Source: a virus (lineage: Duplodnaviria; Caudoviricetes). Taken from it: a stretch of 64,000 bases of DNA. Every line of letters begins with the position of its first letter. Position 1 is the first letter of the stretch. The notes under the pieces are model-generated. The model was given only the letters and a program-made list of their open reading frames with translations. It searched no databases and had not been told where the DNA came from. Below are positions 8,668 to 20,100 of this stretch, in pieces. Where the stretch lies: positions 116,801-180,800 of the IMG/VR virus record IMGVR_UViG_3300028603_000001. One strand, given 5' to 3'. Made by a program: the position numbers and the translations under genes.

Positions 8668-11600
8668 TTACACTCCTAATATTGCGTCTAACGCACTTTC
8701 TATATCGCCCAGCATTAAGTCTATCTCAGTCTTATTATATAACGCTGGTTTATTTTCAATATCTTGCCAATCAACTGTTCCTCCAATACCACCACTTGCA
8801 CTAATCACATTAGTAGTAGGGTTAATAGTAATATTATCACCTGCAACTAACTTATCTTGTTTTTCAGCTAATTCTTCATCAACATAATTTTTATTTACTA
8901 AATCTTCTTCATCAGTAGGTATTGCATTTGACTTAACTTTTTTATCTTCTTCTAAATACACATCGCCTTTAAGGTACGTTTTTTCAATTTCATCATTTCC
9001 CACTGTAATAGTATTATCACCATTTCCAATGGCTCTATTTCCAATAACGATTTCATTATTACTTGTTGAATTCTTAGCTCTTGTTCTTCCTCCTAAGAAT
9101 ACACCTTTATTAACAGTCGTTACGAATGAACCACCCTCTGTTCTTAATCCAGCTTGATAACCAAATGCAACATTTTCAGACCCTTGTGACGCTTGACCAA
9201 ATGCTTGGTATCCGATTGCGACACCTTCTATCATTTGGTTTATTGCTGAAAAGAATGCTGAATCTCCTATAGCAATTAAATGCTTTCCAGTACTATTTTT
9301 TATTAATGCTGCCCTACCTATTGCAATATTAAAATCGCCTTCAGTATTCGCATTTAAAGCAGTTGGACCTACAGCAATATTAAACTTACCTAACGATAAA
9401 GATTTTAATGCATCTGCCCCAAAAGCATAATTTCCTGTTCCTTGATAAGCCCATACTTTACCTTGTCCTACATTAACATTGCCTGCATTAGGACCTATAA
9501 ATATGTTATCACCATTTACAACATTAACTTCAACCCATTGACCTCCAGCTGCTATACATTTTTCTTCTGTATCATTTCCAGGTGCATTAATTGTACATCC
9601 CATACCTTCAAGAGCTTTTACAATTTTAAGCGCTTCTTCACCTTCATAATACATCACACCTGTAAAATCTGGGTTTTCTATATTAAGTTTATTAGATATA
9701 TCTAAAGTATGGTCTTCCCATTCTCCCCATACTTCTTCTCCAACTTGAACCCTTGAATATGTCTTACCTCCATGTGGGTCAAATAGCATTTGTGCTTTTC
9801 TTTCTTGGCCTGTTCCCCGCCATGTTTGAAGTAGAAAACCACCATCAATATAACCAGACGGGAATGTCCCTAAACCTACAGTACTAATATTGATGTAAAT
9901 AGTCCTTTCATCGCAGTCTGTGTCTATATTGAAATCATCCATACCCTCAAAGAAGTCAACAAAGTTATACTTACTTTCTAAATCTTTTGGACTAACAGTA
10001 TTTACTTCTGCACCCTCTTCTATACTACTCAACTTAGCTTTCTCTGCATCTGTGAATACATTAGTATCTGGATTTGCTTCATATAACTGCTTCACCTTCT
10101 CGGCTGTTATCTCTTCACTAATTTTATCATCAGTATATTCTTTCGCTTTATCAAAAATGACAATCAAATCTTTTTCATTTTTAAATCCCTCAATAAATAC
10201 ATACCAATTAGCGAATTGATTTTCAATATTAGTTTCTGGCCCATAAATGTTTTCATCTTTACCTGTTCCACCATATGTAACTAATCTACCTTCCCAAACT
10301 ACTGCCATTAAATACGCGATACCCATACCATAATCGTTATTCAAAAGTAAATCGACATCTTCTTCCCATTCATTCAATACGGGGTCGTAAACGTAAGTTT
10401 TACCACTCGTCCTTACTGGTGAAGAACTGCTAATATACCCACCAATAAGATAAATAAGTCCATCCCTAACAGCCATTGATGTATGACTTCTACTTTCTAT
10501 ATTAGCAACGCTTAATGGCTCAGACCAAGTTTCAGTATCAATATCATAAGCATAAAAAGTGTTTCTGTAAACATAGAGCTTCCTATTAACTATTTTAGAA
10601 CTTCCACCATCATTTGACATTGGTGGTGTAGGACCGAATGTCCAAGTGTCAGTTGCTATATCATAAATTGCAAGTCTTGGGGCGGTAAGCACACCTGCGG
10701 CACCAGTAGATTTTTCTTTTCTGGACCAATATCTTCCTGATATGTATATTTTACCATCTAAATGGTCTGCTCCACTTGATTGCATAGATGTATATAGATA
10801 ATCATCATCTTGTAAAGAGCTTAGTTCTTCATAAGTATTAGTTAAAGTATCATATTTATAATCGGGAGCAAATACAGAATCGAAAGGATAGAACTTATTT
10901 GTTCTACCAATACCTCCCAATATATAGATATCAGTTCCAACAGCAACGAGTGTTGGAGCATCTTTCCTATAAGGTAAGTCAAGATTTTCTTTCCAAGTGT
11001 TTGTTCTTAAATTATATGAAATATTTTTATTAGAAGCGCCATATAACGGTGGTGTTGCAGTAACATGAGATGTTCTTAACGTTCCACCTATCCAAAAAAT
11101 CTCATCGCCGACAATAGCACTACCTTGAATACGATTTGTTCCTATTTCATCTTTTCTTAAATAAATTGGGACTTCTCCTAATGCTTCCCAACCACGTTTT
11201 CTCTCTTGATATAAAACTTCATTCTCAAACGCTATTTTTGGGGTTTCATTAAAAACATTAGTTGATAATTTCTTCTCATCTTCAACACGTGTATCTACAT
11301 ACTCCTCTGTTATAAAATCTTCGTCATTTTCTAATTCGCTTACCTTTGTAATCTTAGGTATTGAGTTAATTTTACTATCTACCGAAGCATTAGTCGCAAA
11401 ATCGCTATCATTAACCAACTCGCTTGTTTTAGTAGGCATAGTCGGCTTATTACTTAAATCCCTATAATCGCCGCTAAATCCTTGTGGTAAATCAGCTTTC
11501 GTAACAACTACGTTATGGTTATCAAGTGTAATTTGGCTTATATATTTATTAGATTCAACATCACCATTTATAATATTAAGTTTAGGGGAACTTATTTCTA

Positions 11601-12219
11601 CCCACCTAGCACCTAAAGGCGTATCCACAGTGATGTTATTAGATTGTGTGTACATTTGTGGGGAAGTTACATTATTAAATTCACTATGTATATCAGCTAG
11701 AATGGTGATAGTTTGAGTGTCTTTATTCCAATCAATCACAGAGTTTGAATAGCTTGGGTTAAAATCACTATTCCATGTATTAGTTATCATATAATATTGA
11801 TTTTGATTATAATAGAATGCCCAACCACCGCCGTAAAACATTCTCAAAGCTGGAAAATTATTTTCACCAGCTGCAGAGTTATTTATCTGCATTGTATATT
11901 GTATGTTAGATGAATATATATTTTCAAAATATATTTTTGTTCCTTGCCTTATTGGTATAGGCATATCAGACTCTTTTATTTTATACTGTTCCTCTCTTGG
12001 TAAATTAATTAAAATAAATGCTTTACCTGTTTCAGTATTTAGCCATGTTGAACCCAAAAGATATTCAGTATCTGTTTCCGTTGGGTCTCTTTGCTCTTCT
12101 ATGGTAATTCGGAGATTTTCTAAATTTTCTGTGTTACTCTCTAACTGGTCTTCTATTTTATTTAATTTATCAGCTGTTACAATATCATCTTTCACCCATA
12201 TTGTTTTTTCGTATGACAT
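8668..12219 (-). CDS. Tail fibre protein with Kelch beta-propeller and YadA/Hep-Hag-like head repeats
   Basis: MSYEKTIW..DIVTADKLNKIE N-terminus; IYILGG..YD....W Kelch repeats; N.AIG..AL repeats; SELEND repeats. Confidence 0.75.
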   Translation of the reverse strand: MSYEKTIWVKDDIVTADKLNKIEDQLESNTENLENLRITIEEQRDPTETDTEYLLGSTWLNTETGKAFILINLPREEQYKIKESDMPIPIRQGTKIYFENIYSSNIQYTMQINNSAAGENNFPALRMFYGGGWAFYYNQNQYYMITNTWNSDFNPSYSNSVIDWNKDTQTITILADIHSEFNNVTSPQMYTQSNNITVDTPLGARWVEISSPKLNIINGDVESNKYISQITLDNHNVVVTKADLPQGFSGDYRDLSNKPTMPTKTSELVNDSDFATNASVDSKINSIPKITKVSELENDEDFITEEYVDTRVEDEKKLSTNVFNETPKIAFENEVLYQERKRGWEALGEVPIYLRKDEIGTNRIQGSAIVGDEIFWIGGTLRTSHVTATPPLYGASNKNISYNLRTNTWKENLDLPYRKDAPTLVAVGTDIYILGGIGRTNKFYPFDSVFAPDYKYDTLTNTYEELSSLQDDDYLYTSMQSSGADHLDGKIYISGRYWSRKEKSTGAAGVLTAPRLAIYDIATDTWTFGPTPPMSNDGGSSKIVNRKLYVYRNTFYAYDIDTETWSEPLSVANIESRSHTSMAVRDGLIYLIGGYISSSSPVRTSGKTYVYDPVLNEWEEDVDLLLNNDYGMGIAYLMAVVWEGRLVTYGGTGKDENIYGPETNIENQFANWYVFIEGFKNEKDLIVIFDKAKEYTDDKISEEITAEKVKQLYEANPDTNVFTDAEKAKLSSIEEGAEVNTVSPKDLESKYNFVDFFEGMDDFNIDTDCDERTIYINISTVGLGTFPSGYIDGGFLLQTWRGTGQERKAQMLFDPHGGKTYSRVQVGEEVWGEWEDHTLDISNKLNIENPDFTGVMYYEGEEALKIVKALEGMGCTINAPGNDTEEKCIAAGGQWVEVNVVNGDNIFIGPNAGNVNVGQGKVWAYQGTGNYAFGADALKSLSLGKFNIAVGPTALNANTEGDFNIAIGRAALIKNSTGKHLIAIGDSAFFSAINQMIEGVAIGYQAFGQASQGSENVAFGYQAGLRTEGGSFVTTVNKGVFLGGRTRAKNSTSNNEIVIGNRAIGNGDNTITVGNDEIEKTYLKGDVYLEEDKKVKSNAIPTDEEDLVNKNYVDEELAEKQDKLVAGDNITINPTTNVISASGGIGGTVDWQDIENKPALYNKTEIDLMLGDIESALDAILGV

Positions 12220-12237
12220 ATATTCTTCACCTTTCTT

Positions 12238-12414
12238 TTATTTTACCCGCATATACCCTACAACACCTCTTCCAACAAAAGGTGTTCTTTTAATTGCTTC
12301 TATTATTGTATTTTGATTTCTTGCAGATGTTTTTGCTTTTGTTTTTTTATCTTCACCCAATATGCTGTAGATTTTATTTGTTAAACCTATTTTTCCTTTT
12401 ATACGCGTTTTCAT
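12238..12414 (-). CDS. Small basic tail-associated protein, 58 aa (not in ORF track)
   Basis: MKTRIKGKIG...VGRGVVGYMRVK fills the gap between tail genes; AAGGA SD-like site. Confidence 0.55.
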   Translation of the reverse strand: MKTRIKGKIGLTNKIYSILGEDKKTKAKTSARNQNTIIEAIKRTPFVGRGVVGYMRVK

Positions 12415-12433
12415 TATATTATCCGTCCTTATA

Positions 12434-12814
12434 TCAACAGATAACTAATTTTCTTCTTGGGACTATTGTGTCTATTATAAAACCGTTTTCTTCATCATCT
12501 ATATCATAAACTAATTTTAACTTTATCTCATAATAATAGGTTCCTGGCAACAAGTTTATTGTGTCAGAAGGTTTTAATGTTATTTCAACAGCGTTATCTT
12601 CGGTTAAACACTCATGAGTAAATATTTTCCTTACCACACCTGCTTCAAAAGATTGATTTGGTTCACAAATGGAAAAATAAACGCGATCCCATTGAGATAA
12701 TACGTAATTTTCAGGTGTTCCAGATTCACCCCTATTGATAAAAAGTTGTGTTGAAAAATTATCACCTCTATTTATCACTATTATTCCATTGTTTGATATA
12801 CCTGTACGAAACAT
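12434..12814 (-). CDS. BppU-like baseplate/fibre adaptor
   Basis: RGDNF...ITLKPSDT..L.PGTYYYEIKL pattern; GGAGG SD. Confidence 0.55.
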   Translation of the reverse strand: MFRTGISNNGIIVINRGDNFSTQLFINRGESGTPENYVLSQWDRVYFSICEPNQSFEAGVVRKIFTHECLTEDNAVEITLKPSDTINLLPGTYYYEIKLKLVYDIDDEENGFIIDTIVPRRKLVIC

Positions 12815-12857
12815 TATGTTCCCTCCTTTTTTATTATTTTTTTATATAATTATCATT

Positions 12858-12867
12858 TAATTTAGCA
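12858..12867 (-). promoter_or_regulatory. Putative late promoter TGCTAAATTA (representative copy)
   Basis: Same 10-mer at 21442, 22336, 26017, 27303, 36971, 45746 and 60805 (all -); AGCTAAATTA at 2031 (+). Always intergenic and upstream of a gene. Confidence 0.7.
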
Positions 12868-12931
12868 GCGTTTTATTATGTATTAGAAAAAAGCTAGATA
12901 ATTAAATCTAGCTTTATTTATTTTTTTTTTG

Positions 12932-13105
12932 CTATAAATACTTCTTTAACGCTTCTGGTACTGCAGGGTAATCTTCAAAAATAGTATCTTCTGTAATTAG
13001 CCTTTTGAAATCTAACATTTCTTAATACCAATCTATAACCTCTTAACTATCTTGTTCTCTATTTCTTAATACAGCCCATTCCCAAGTCTTTTTAAATTTC
13101 GCCAT
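12932..13105 (-). pseudogene. Interrupted small tail-associated gene
   Basis: MAKFKKTWEWAVLRNREQDS*EVIDWY*EMLDFKRL...YPAVPEALKKYL* with in-frame TAA at 13043-45 and 13022-24. Confidence 0.55.
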
Positions 13106-13253
13106 TTTCTAACATCTGATTAAATATCTGTACTGCTGCTTCAGATGATTCTGCTTCAATTTCTATCTTCTCTAATTCAACATCTTCTGCAAGTACATTA
13201 TAAATTAAGTCGATTGGTGGTTTACTTTTATCAAAATAAATATATACTTTCAT
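13092..13253 (-). CDS. Hypothetical protein, 53 aa
   Basis: MKVYIYFDKVKPP... with AGGAG SD. Confidence 0.5.
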   Translation of the reverse strand: MKVYIYFDKSKPPIDLIYNVLAEDVELEKIEIEAESSEAAVQIFNQMLENGEI

Positions 13254-13269
13254 TTTATTCTCCTATCTA

Positions 13270-13596
13270 TTAATCACATCTAAAGTAATACACCGTACAA
13301 GCAATCGGTGTTTGACCTTCTAATCTACTGTGTGTTACACGCATAATATAACCTATACTATAATCAACAGGTGGTCGAGCAGAAGTTAAATCTGATCTAA
13401 CTGTTGCTTGAGTTCTACAACTTGCATCAGTATATACATAACCATACGTTCCATTAAAACTTCCTGGATTAGATATAGCAGTCCAAGTTGTTCCACCAGA
13501 TGGATAAACTACATTACCCATAAATCTTTCTGCTGTTATATCACTTCCATTAAGTTTATTTGAGGTGATTTGTGTTCCATTTAGTGTAATAGGCAT
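13270..13596 (-). CDS. Small tail fibre-associated protein
   Basis: Context within fibre operon. Confidence 0.55.
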   Translation of the reverse strand: MPITLNGTQITSNKLNGSDITAERFMGNVVYPSGGTTWTAISNPGSFNGTYGYVYTDASCRTQATVRSDLTSARPPVDYSIGYIMRVTHSRLEGQTPIACTVYYFRCD

Positions 13597-13597
13597 A

Positions 13598-14881
13598 CTA
13601 AGTCACCTTCCAAACCTTACCAACATAAAGTGTATAGTTAGCAGTAGTCCAAGCAATTGTTGTTCCACTGAATACTCCTTTAAGATATTTCTTACTACCA
13701 AAATACAAAGTAGAGCCACTAGCCGATACTGTAAATGAATATATATTGAAGTCAGTTCTGTTGAATGTGCTAAACGAGAAGTTACGGTAGTTATTAGTAT
13801 CATTTGGTGAAGTTGAATCAGTTCCTAAAGTTACCATAATGTATTTATGAGAGTATGTATAAGAACTACCCATATTCAATTCTATTAAAAGCGTATCACC
13901 ACGAGTAACTGAGCTTAATAATGGAACACTACCTATTGTATCACCAGAACTAACAGTTGTTAGTGATGTTGTTGCTGCTCTAGTTCTTATTAAATTCAAC
14001 CTACCCGCACTTAGTAAATTTAATTCTTCTGACAAACCTGCTACGTTTGGAATTGAAGTAGGAAATGAAGTTCTTGTATCTATTCCACTTCTTGATAGCA
14101 TACCTATTGTAGATGTTCCACTTGCGTATAAAACTTGACCTGAAGTATAACTAGTCCTTCCTGTACCACCTCTGGCTACTGTTAAAGTTCCAGATGTTAT
14201 TTCAGTAGCAGAATGCGTATGAGATGCTGGAGCATAAATATCAGTTTCAATATTAATTGTTTGTGCTGAGCTACCATCATAAGTGCCTAAAGTAACATTA
14301 TCTTGTTTAATGGTTAAAGAACTTGGGTTTTTAAGTGCCGTCGGTTTATTATCTAAATTATTATAGTTTAGATAATGACTAGGTAATTGCCCACCTAATT
14401 TAGAACTGTCAGCAGCTGTTCCACCACTTAATAAAAAGGTAGATTGAGATAGTGTACCTATCCCACCTTCAGGTGTTCCTATAAGTATATCTGTATGAGA
14501 AGAACCTGTAACTATTTTGCTTATTGAGATATTGGTATTTGATACAAATTGCTCAGTAGCTACAGGAGAATATACTGAATCTCCTCCATTTTTAAGAGTT
14601 AGCTTACCACTACTTGTTCTTAAATAAATAGGTCCCACGGAACTTGACGCCATTTCTATCTGTTGCGCAGTATTATAACCAATAATTACCCGCTCTAAAC
14701 CACTAAGAATCCCACCCGTTATATCCTCAGCTGAATGTGTATGTGATTCAGTAGCTACAGCAACTGAGCTCCCAGCTTGATTTCCATAAAACAGTTTATT
14801 TTGTGTTACACCTAATTCACCATGAACTAAAGAACCCGCTGTATCTGTATTTTCTTTTCTCTTGACTTTAATTGTTGCCAT
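13598..14881 (-). CDS. Tail fibre protein
   Basis: MATIKVKR..L.HGELG N-terminus; HTHS motifs; L.VARGGTG motif. Confidence 0.75.
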   Translation of the reverse strand: MATIKVKRKENTDTAGSLVHGELGVTQNKLFYGNQAGSSVAVATESHTHSAEDITGGILSGLERVIIGYNTAQQIEMASSSVGPIYLRTSSGKLTLKNGGDSVYSPVATEQFVSNTNISISKIVTGSSHTDILIGTPEGGIGTLSQSTFLLSGGTAADSSKLGGQLPSHYLNYNNLDNKPTALKNPSSLTIKQDNVTLGTYDGSSAQTINIETDIYAPASHTHSATEITSGTLTVARGGTGRTSYTSGQVLYASGTSTIGMLSRSGIDTRTSFPTSIPNVAGLSEELNLLSAGRLNLIRTRAATTSLTTVSSGDTIGSVPLLSSVTRGDTLLIELNMGSSYTYSHKYIMVTLGTDSTSPNDTNNYRNFSFSTFNRTDFNIYSFTVSASGSTLYFGSKKYLKGVFSGTTIAWTTANYTLYVGKVWKVT

Positions 14882-14991
14882 ATTTTTTATTTCTCCATTT
14901 ATAAGGTAATAGCGGAAAAAATACTTAATATTAATTCCGCAAATTATACAGTTTTTATATTATATTATACAATATTTTTAATTAGTAAAAA

Positions 14992-17085
14992 TTAAGACCA
15001 AACACCACCATCAATCAAACCTTCAAATCTGGTAGCATATAACCACCCAGCATACTTTAATCTGGTTGTTTGTGTAGGAATAGCTGCCGTGTCTTGGCGA
15101 TAGAATGTACCATCAATATTTGTTCCACTACTTGTTGCTAATACCCCATTTATATCTGTATTGAATATACCTCCAGTAGGACCAATAGTAATAGATGTTA
15201 AAGAAGTTCCTGTTCCCCCTGTACCTATAGTTATATCTTTTGTGCCGCTTGACGTCACACCAGGAGCAATATTTGTGACTGAATTACCGGTGCCGGTATA
15301 ACCTAAAGAAAGCGTGGTAGCTGCTCCAAATGCATTAACAGTTGTACTGGCTGTATTAAATACATTCATACTTGCACTACCTGTTACTGATGTGGTGAAT
15401 GTTGGACTAGTTGCAAAAACTAACTTTCCGCTTCCTGTTTCATCGCTAATGACACCAGCTAATTCAGCTGAAGTTGTCGATGCGAACTGGCTTAACTTCC
15501 CACTGGTATAAGCAACATTACCACCTGCCCCAAAATCAACTGATATATCAGAGCTAGATGCATCAAAAGTCAATGATTTCCCAACAGTAAGTGTTTGGCC
15601 ATTCGCTATTTCTATCCCTGCGCTTGTTCCTGGGGTGCTAATTGATACATTATTAATTGTATCTGCTGTAGCATTTCCTAAACTAGGCGTTGTTAAGGAA
15701 GGACTAGTTGAAAAAACTAAATTTCCACTTCCTGTTGCATCGCTAATAATACTAGCAAGATTATTTGAGGTCATCTGATCAATATGCGCGTATGTAATTG
15801 TTCCGAATCCCAGATTTCCTGAAGCTCCTCGTCTCAGAACAGTGTTAGTATCAGCAGCTATTGAAGTAACAGAAGCTGCAGAGCCTGCGACACCTAGAAC
15901 GGAATATGCAGAACCATTAGCTAATTTACTGAATGCGATAGCAGCGTTATTTGCGATACTACTATTCCCAATTTGCCCAAATGATAAAGTACTATTTGAA
16001 CCTATTACAGGGACATGACCAGAAGTTGATGATGAAATCATTGTAATAGCACCTGATGATGTTCCAGAATGGCCTAGAAATCCACCAACCGCGCTATAGT
16101 TTAATCTCGAGTATCCTATGGTATTATTGGCAAAAGCACCTGATGGTAACGTCCCAAAAGCTAATGATTCACCATTTCTTCTTAAAACCGTCTCATCTGA
16201 ATCTGCTGTTATATGTGTTGGTTTTCCTGATTCATCTGTTGGTACACCTAGAACACTTAGCCCTGGTTGATCTGCTAACCTAAAAACTGTTCCGTCTCTA
16301 GTTATTGTATCTCCATCTCCATTATATGATCCAGCACCACTGAATTGTACCCATTCTATGGAACCACCTGGGGCGAATGAGATCGTATCAGTAATACAAT
16401 TCCAACCAGTATCTGCTTGAGTTTCACCTTCTTCTACAAATACAAAAGCAGCTCTTAATTTTTCTGGTGTATCTGCATCATCAGCTCTTTTTAAAGAGGG
16501 ATTTATACCGGTTCCGCCTAATGTAGTTATGATATATATACCGTTTTGGTTTTCATCTGATTGATTCTTAATTAAAACTCGATCATTAGCAGCTAAATCA
16601 GTAACACCATCTAGAATAAGCTTTCCAGCGGCGTTTAAATTAAGTCTGGTGTTAGATTCAACTAAAGTACCACTTAAGTTTACTGTTGATGCTGCTTTTA
16701 CTGATTTTTTAATATTTAAGCCTTGAACCCTAGCATCTACATATGCTTTAGAAACAAGCATCTTTTGATCAAAGGTCTCATGTTCTGTTGTAAACTTACC
16801 ATCAGCTCCAAAGGTATACTTTGTATTATTACCTGAATCAACAAAAGTTATTGTCTTATTTGATGCTGCTTGTAATACTAAATCTTCACCATTAAACGTA
16901 TTTTTTTGTGAAAAAACATTACTCCTATTTTGAACCGCTGCTACAGCTATACCTACTTCACTTGTTCCTCCGCTGGTAGGTCCCCAAGCAAAATAATCAC
17001 CACTTAAGCCTATTTCACCTTCTAATAACTTATCTGTACTCAAATTAGGGGCACTTGTTTTTCTCTTAACTTTAATTATAGACAT
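14992..17085 (-). CDS. Tail fibre protein
   Basis: MSIIKVKR..L.EGEIG; DRVLIKNQ..NQNGIY domain; duplicated SDxTGSGxLVFxTSP; G/S/T-rich. Confidence 0.75.
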   Translation of the reverse strand: MSIIKVKRKTSAPNLSTDKLLEGEIGLSGDYFAWGPTSGGTSEVGIAVAAVQNRSNVFSQKNTFNGEDLVLQAASNKTITFVDSGNNTKYTFGADGKFTTEHETFDQKMLVSKAYVDARVQGLNIKKSVKAASTVNLSGTLVESNTRLNLNAAGKLILDGVTDLAANDRVLIKNQSDENQNGIYIITTLGGTGINPSLKRADDADTPEKLRAAFVFVEEGETQADTGWNCITDTISFAPGGSIEWVQFSGAGSYNGDGDTITRDGTVFRLADQPGLSVLGVPTDESGKPTHITADSDETVLRRNGESLAFGTLPSGAFANNTIGYSRLNYSAVGGFLGHSGTSSGAITMISSSTSGHVPVIGSNSTLSFGQIGNSSIANNAAIAFSKLANGSAYSVLGVAGSAASVTSIAADTNTVLRRGASGNLGFGTITYAHIDQMTSNNLASIISDATGSGNLVFSTSPSLTTPSLGNATADTINNVSISTPGTSAGIEIANGQTLTVGKSLTFDASSSDISVDFGAGGNVAYTSGKLSQFASTTSAELAGVISDETGSGKLVFATSPTFTTSVTGSASMNVFNTASTTVNAFGAATTLSLGYTGTGNSVTNIAPGVTSSGTKDITIGTGGTGTSLTSITIGPTGGIFNTDINGVLATSSGTNIDGTFYRQDTAAIPTQTTRLKYAGWLYATRFEGLIDGGVWS

Positions 17086-17103
17086 ATTTTTTTATTCCTC
17101 CTT

Positions 17104-20100
17104 TTACCAACCACCAAAATCAAGCATCTCGATCTCTGTTTTGGCTTTTATTTTTACTTTTGCATTTGGGGTTTCTGGTGCTTGATCTAAATAAACCTGC
17201 ATTACATCTGTATGTACCCCTGAATTATTTTGTTGTAATTTTAATTTTTCAGTGTCAGCGGTTATTTTCCAATCACTTGTAACAGATATTCCAGCAAATT
17301 CTGGTTCATCTGTTGTCTTTAATTTCTGATCTAAGTATGGATCCTCACCAGTAGATAAATCTGTTATAGCTGACATCGGATGTGATTCTGCGGTATCTCT
17401 ACCTGTTAAATCGTTGTGGTCTGTAACCCCTCCTCCGCCGCTATTTGCGTCATATGAGGTCAACCATTTCCAACCAGTTTCTATTTCACTATATAGTAAA
17501 GACACTGTATATGTTTTGTTACTAGGTGTTACTCTTTGATATATATATCTTGTTATATCTCCTGAGACAGTTGATGTTAAATATATAAACAAATCTGACC
17601 CGCCGCCTGAACCACCATCACAGAATACACTTATTCTAATTGTTTTATTAACAAAAGTATTGAATAGAACACTGTCACCAAAAAATACTTCATTTATAAT
17701 ATCGGATTCACTTAACCAATAAGAACTACCTACTTCTGGGATAAGTTCATCAAGGTTAAAATGAACAGTATCTACATAATCTTTTGTTATAAAGTCTTCA
17801 TCATTATCTAAATCACTTATTTTTGTAGGTATATCTATATCAGAAATAGTTTGATCGACATAATCTACCACAGCTTTTGGGCTTACTGTTTTATTATCAA
17901 TTGAAGCGTCTGTTTCTATGTCTGTTGATATTTCAGGAACTTCTGGTAAATCAGCTTTCGTAACATTGATTTTATGTTTATCTGATTCATCAACCTCTAT
18001 CTGACTAATATATTTTCCAGGTTCTGCGTCTCCATCTTGAATAGTAATATCTGGGATATCTTCAATTGCTGGTTTATTTTTTATGAAGTCATCTGCGTTT
18101 GTATCAGTTTGATTCCAATCGCTTTGCACGTTTTTCTGAGCGTCAGATGGTGCGTGATCTTCTTGGCTATGTGCGTAAGCTTCTTGCACTTTGTTTTTTT
18201 CTGAATCATCATAATCATTCTGAGTTAACCCATAACCTTCAATCTTATCAACCTTGCCGGCTAATATATTAATGATATCTTCACCCTCTGGATAGTTTTC
18301 AAATATTGCTAATATCTCATTTATTGTGTCAACTACCTCGTTTGGGTTATCTTCGAATAGCGCTACCAAATCATTTAGAGCTTTTTTATCTTGTGGTGAC
18401 ATTAAACCTGATAATGAATCAGTTGCTAAACCTAAAGCAGTTTTAAATTCAGTTATTGTAATATTATCTACTAAATCAATTCCAATTATTTGTCTCTCTT
18501 TTGGAACTTTATTGCCTAAAGCACTATTTGTTACGTTAACATAATTATCAAATTCAGTTTTAGTAGCCTGCTTTACATTATCAACATTTTCTAGATTTAC
18601 AGTTGCTTTAGTTATATTATGTGGATTATTTTGATCTATTATGTGTTCTTGAATGTTTGTATTTTTAGGCTCATATAAATCAGGTGCATCAAGACTGTGT
18701 TGATAAGCATCATCATAATTTTCTTTTAATTCGTCGGTTAAGTTATTTTTAGTTAGGCTGTAACCATCTTCCTTATCTACTTTATCTTCAAGTAATACAT
18801 TTAAATCTTCAGTGCTCTTATAGTTTACTAAGTCATTTACATATTTAGTTATAAAGCCAGTGTCGTTTGTTAGATCTGAAATTTTAACAGGGATATAAGG
18901 AATATCTTCTGCTGTAATAAACTCAGCATCATTAATCAATTCGCTTACATTAGTTGGAATATCTTCCTCTAAAGCAAATCCAACATCATCGTTAAATGAG
19001 CTTAAATCAGTAGGAATGTTAGCTAATGTTATAAATTCCGCATCGTTCTCCAAATCGCTTACTTTTACTGGGATATCAGACATTGTTGCAAAGTCATTAT
19101 CATTAATTAAATCGCTAGTTTTTGCTGGTATGACTGGTTTGTTTGTTAAGTCGTCGTAATTACCACTGAATCTTTGCGGTAAATCAGCTTTTCTTACAAT
19201 TATTTTATGTTTATCAGTAGAATCTATACTAATTTCACTTATATATTTATCTACCTCTTCAACTCCACCTTGAATTGTTATGTCTGGAATATTTGGTATT
19301 TCTGGTGTATTATCTATTAAGGAATAATCTAACTTATTATCAGCATCTATTAAATCCTGTTTTTTAGATAATTCTTCATCAACATACTCTTTATTAACAT
19401 CAGGTTCTTGAATATCTATAGTTCCGGCCCCTAATATTGATTGATTGTTTATTGTTTTTATATTTTGATTAATACCTTCATCAACTAATGGAACTTGAAC
19501 ACTTATATTCCCAATACCTGTTATTTCTTCATTGTTGATTGTTTTAAATGAGGATATATCTGGCAAATCTTCAACTGTTATGTATCCTGCATCATTATAC
19601 AACTCACTGATATTTTCTGGCAAATCTTCAGATGTTATAAATCCAGTATCGTTATCTAAATCGCTTAATTTTGCAGGTATATTTGGAATATCTTCTAGAG
19701 TAATAAAACCATCATCATTTTCTAACTGAGATGTTTTTGTGGGTAAAGCATCTCCTGTGATATATCCAGAATTATTATTTAAATCACTGGTATCAGTAGG
19801 GATATCTATTACTTTAGCATATCCTGCATCATTTGTTAAATCACCTAAATCTTGTGGAATATAAGGTATATCATTTTCTGTGATATATCCAGCATCATTA
19901 ATCAGGTCACTAGTGTGAGATGGAATATCTGGTAAGCCAGTAGATGTTAAATATCCAGCATCGTTAGTGAAGGCGCTAATATTAGTTGGAATATCTGGTA
20001 ATTCATTTTCGGTTATATAACCAGAATCATTATCTAATTCACTTAATTTTGCAGGTATAGCCGGAATATCAGTTTCTGTAATAAAACCAGAATCATTAAT

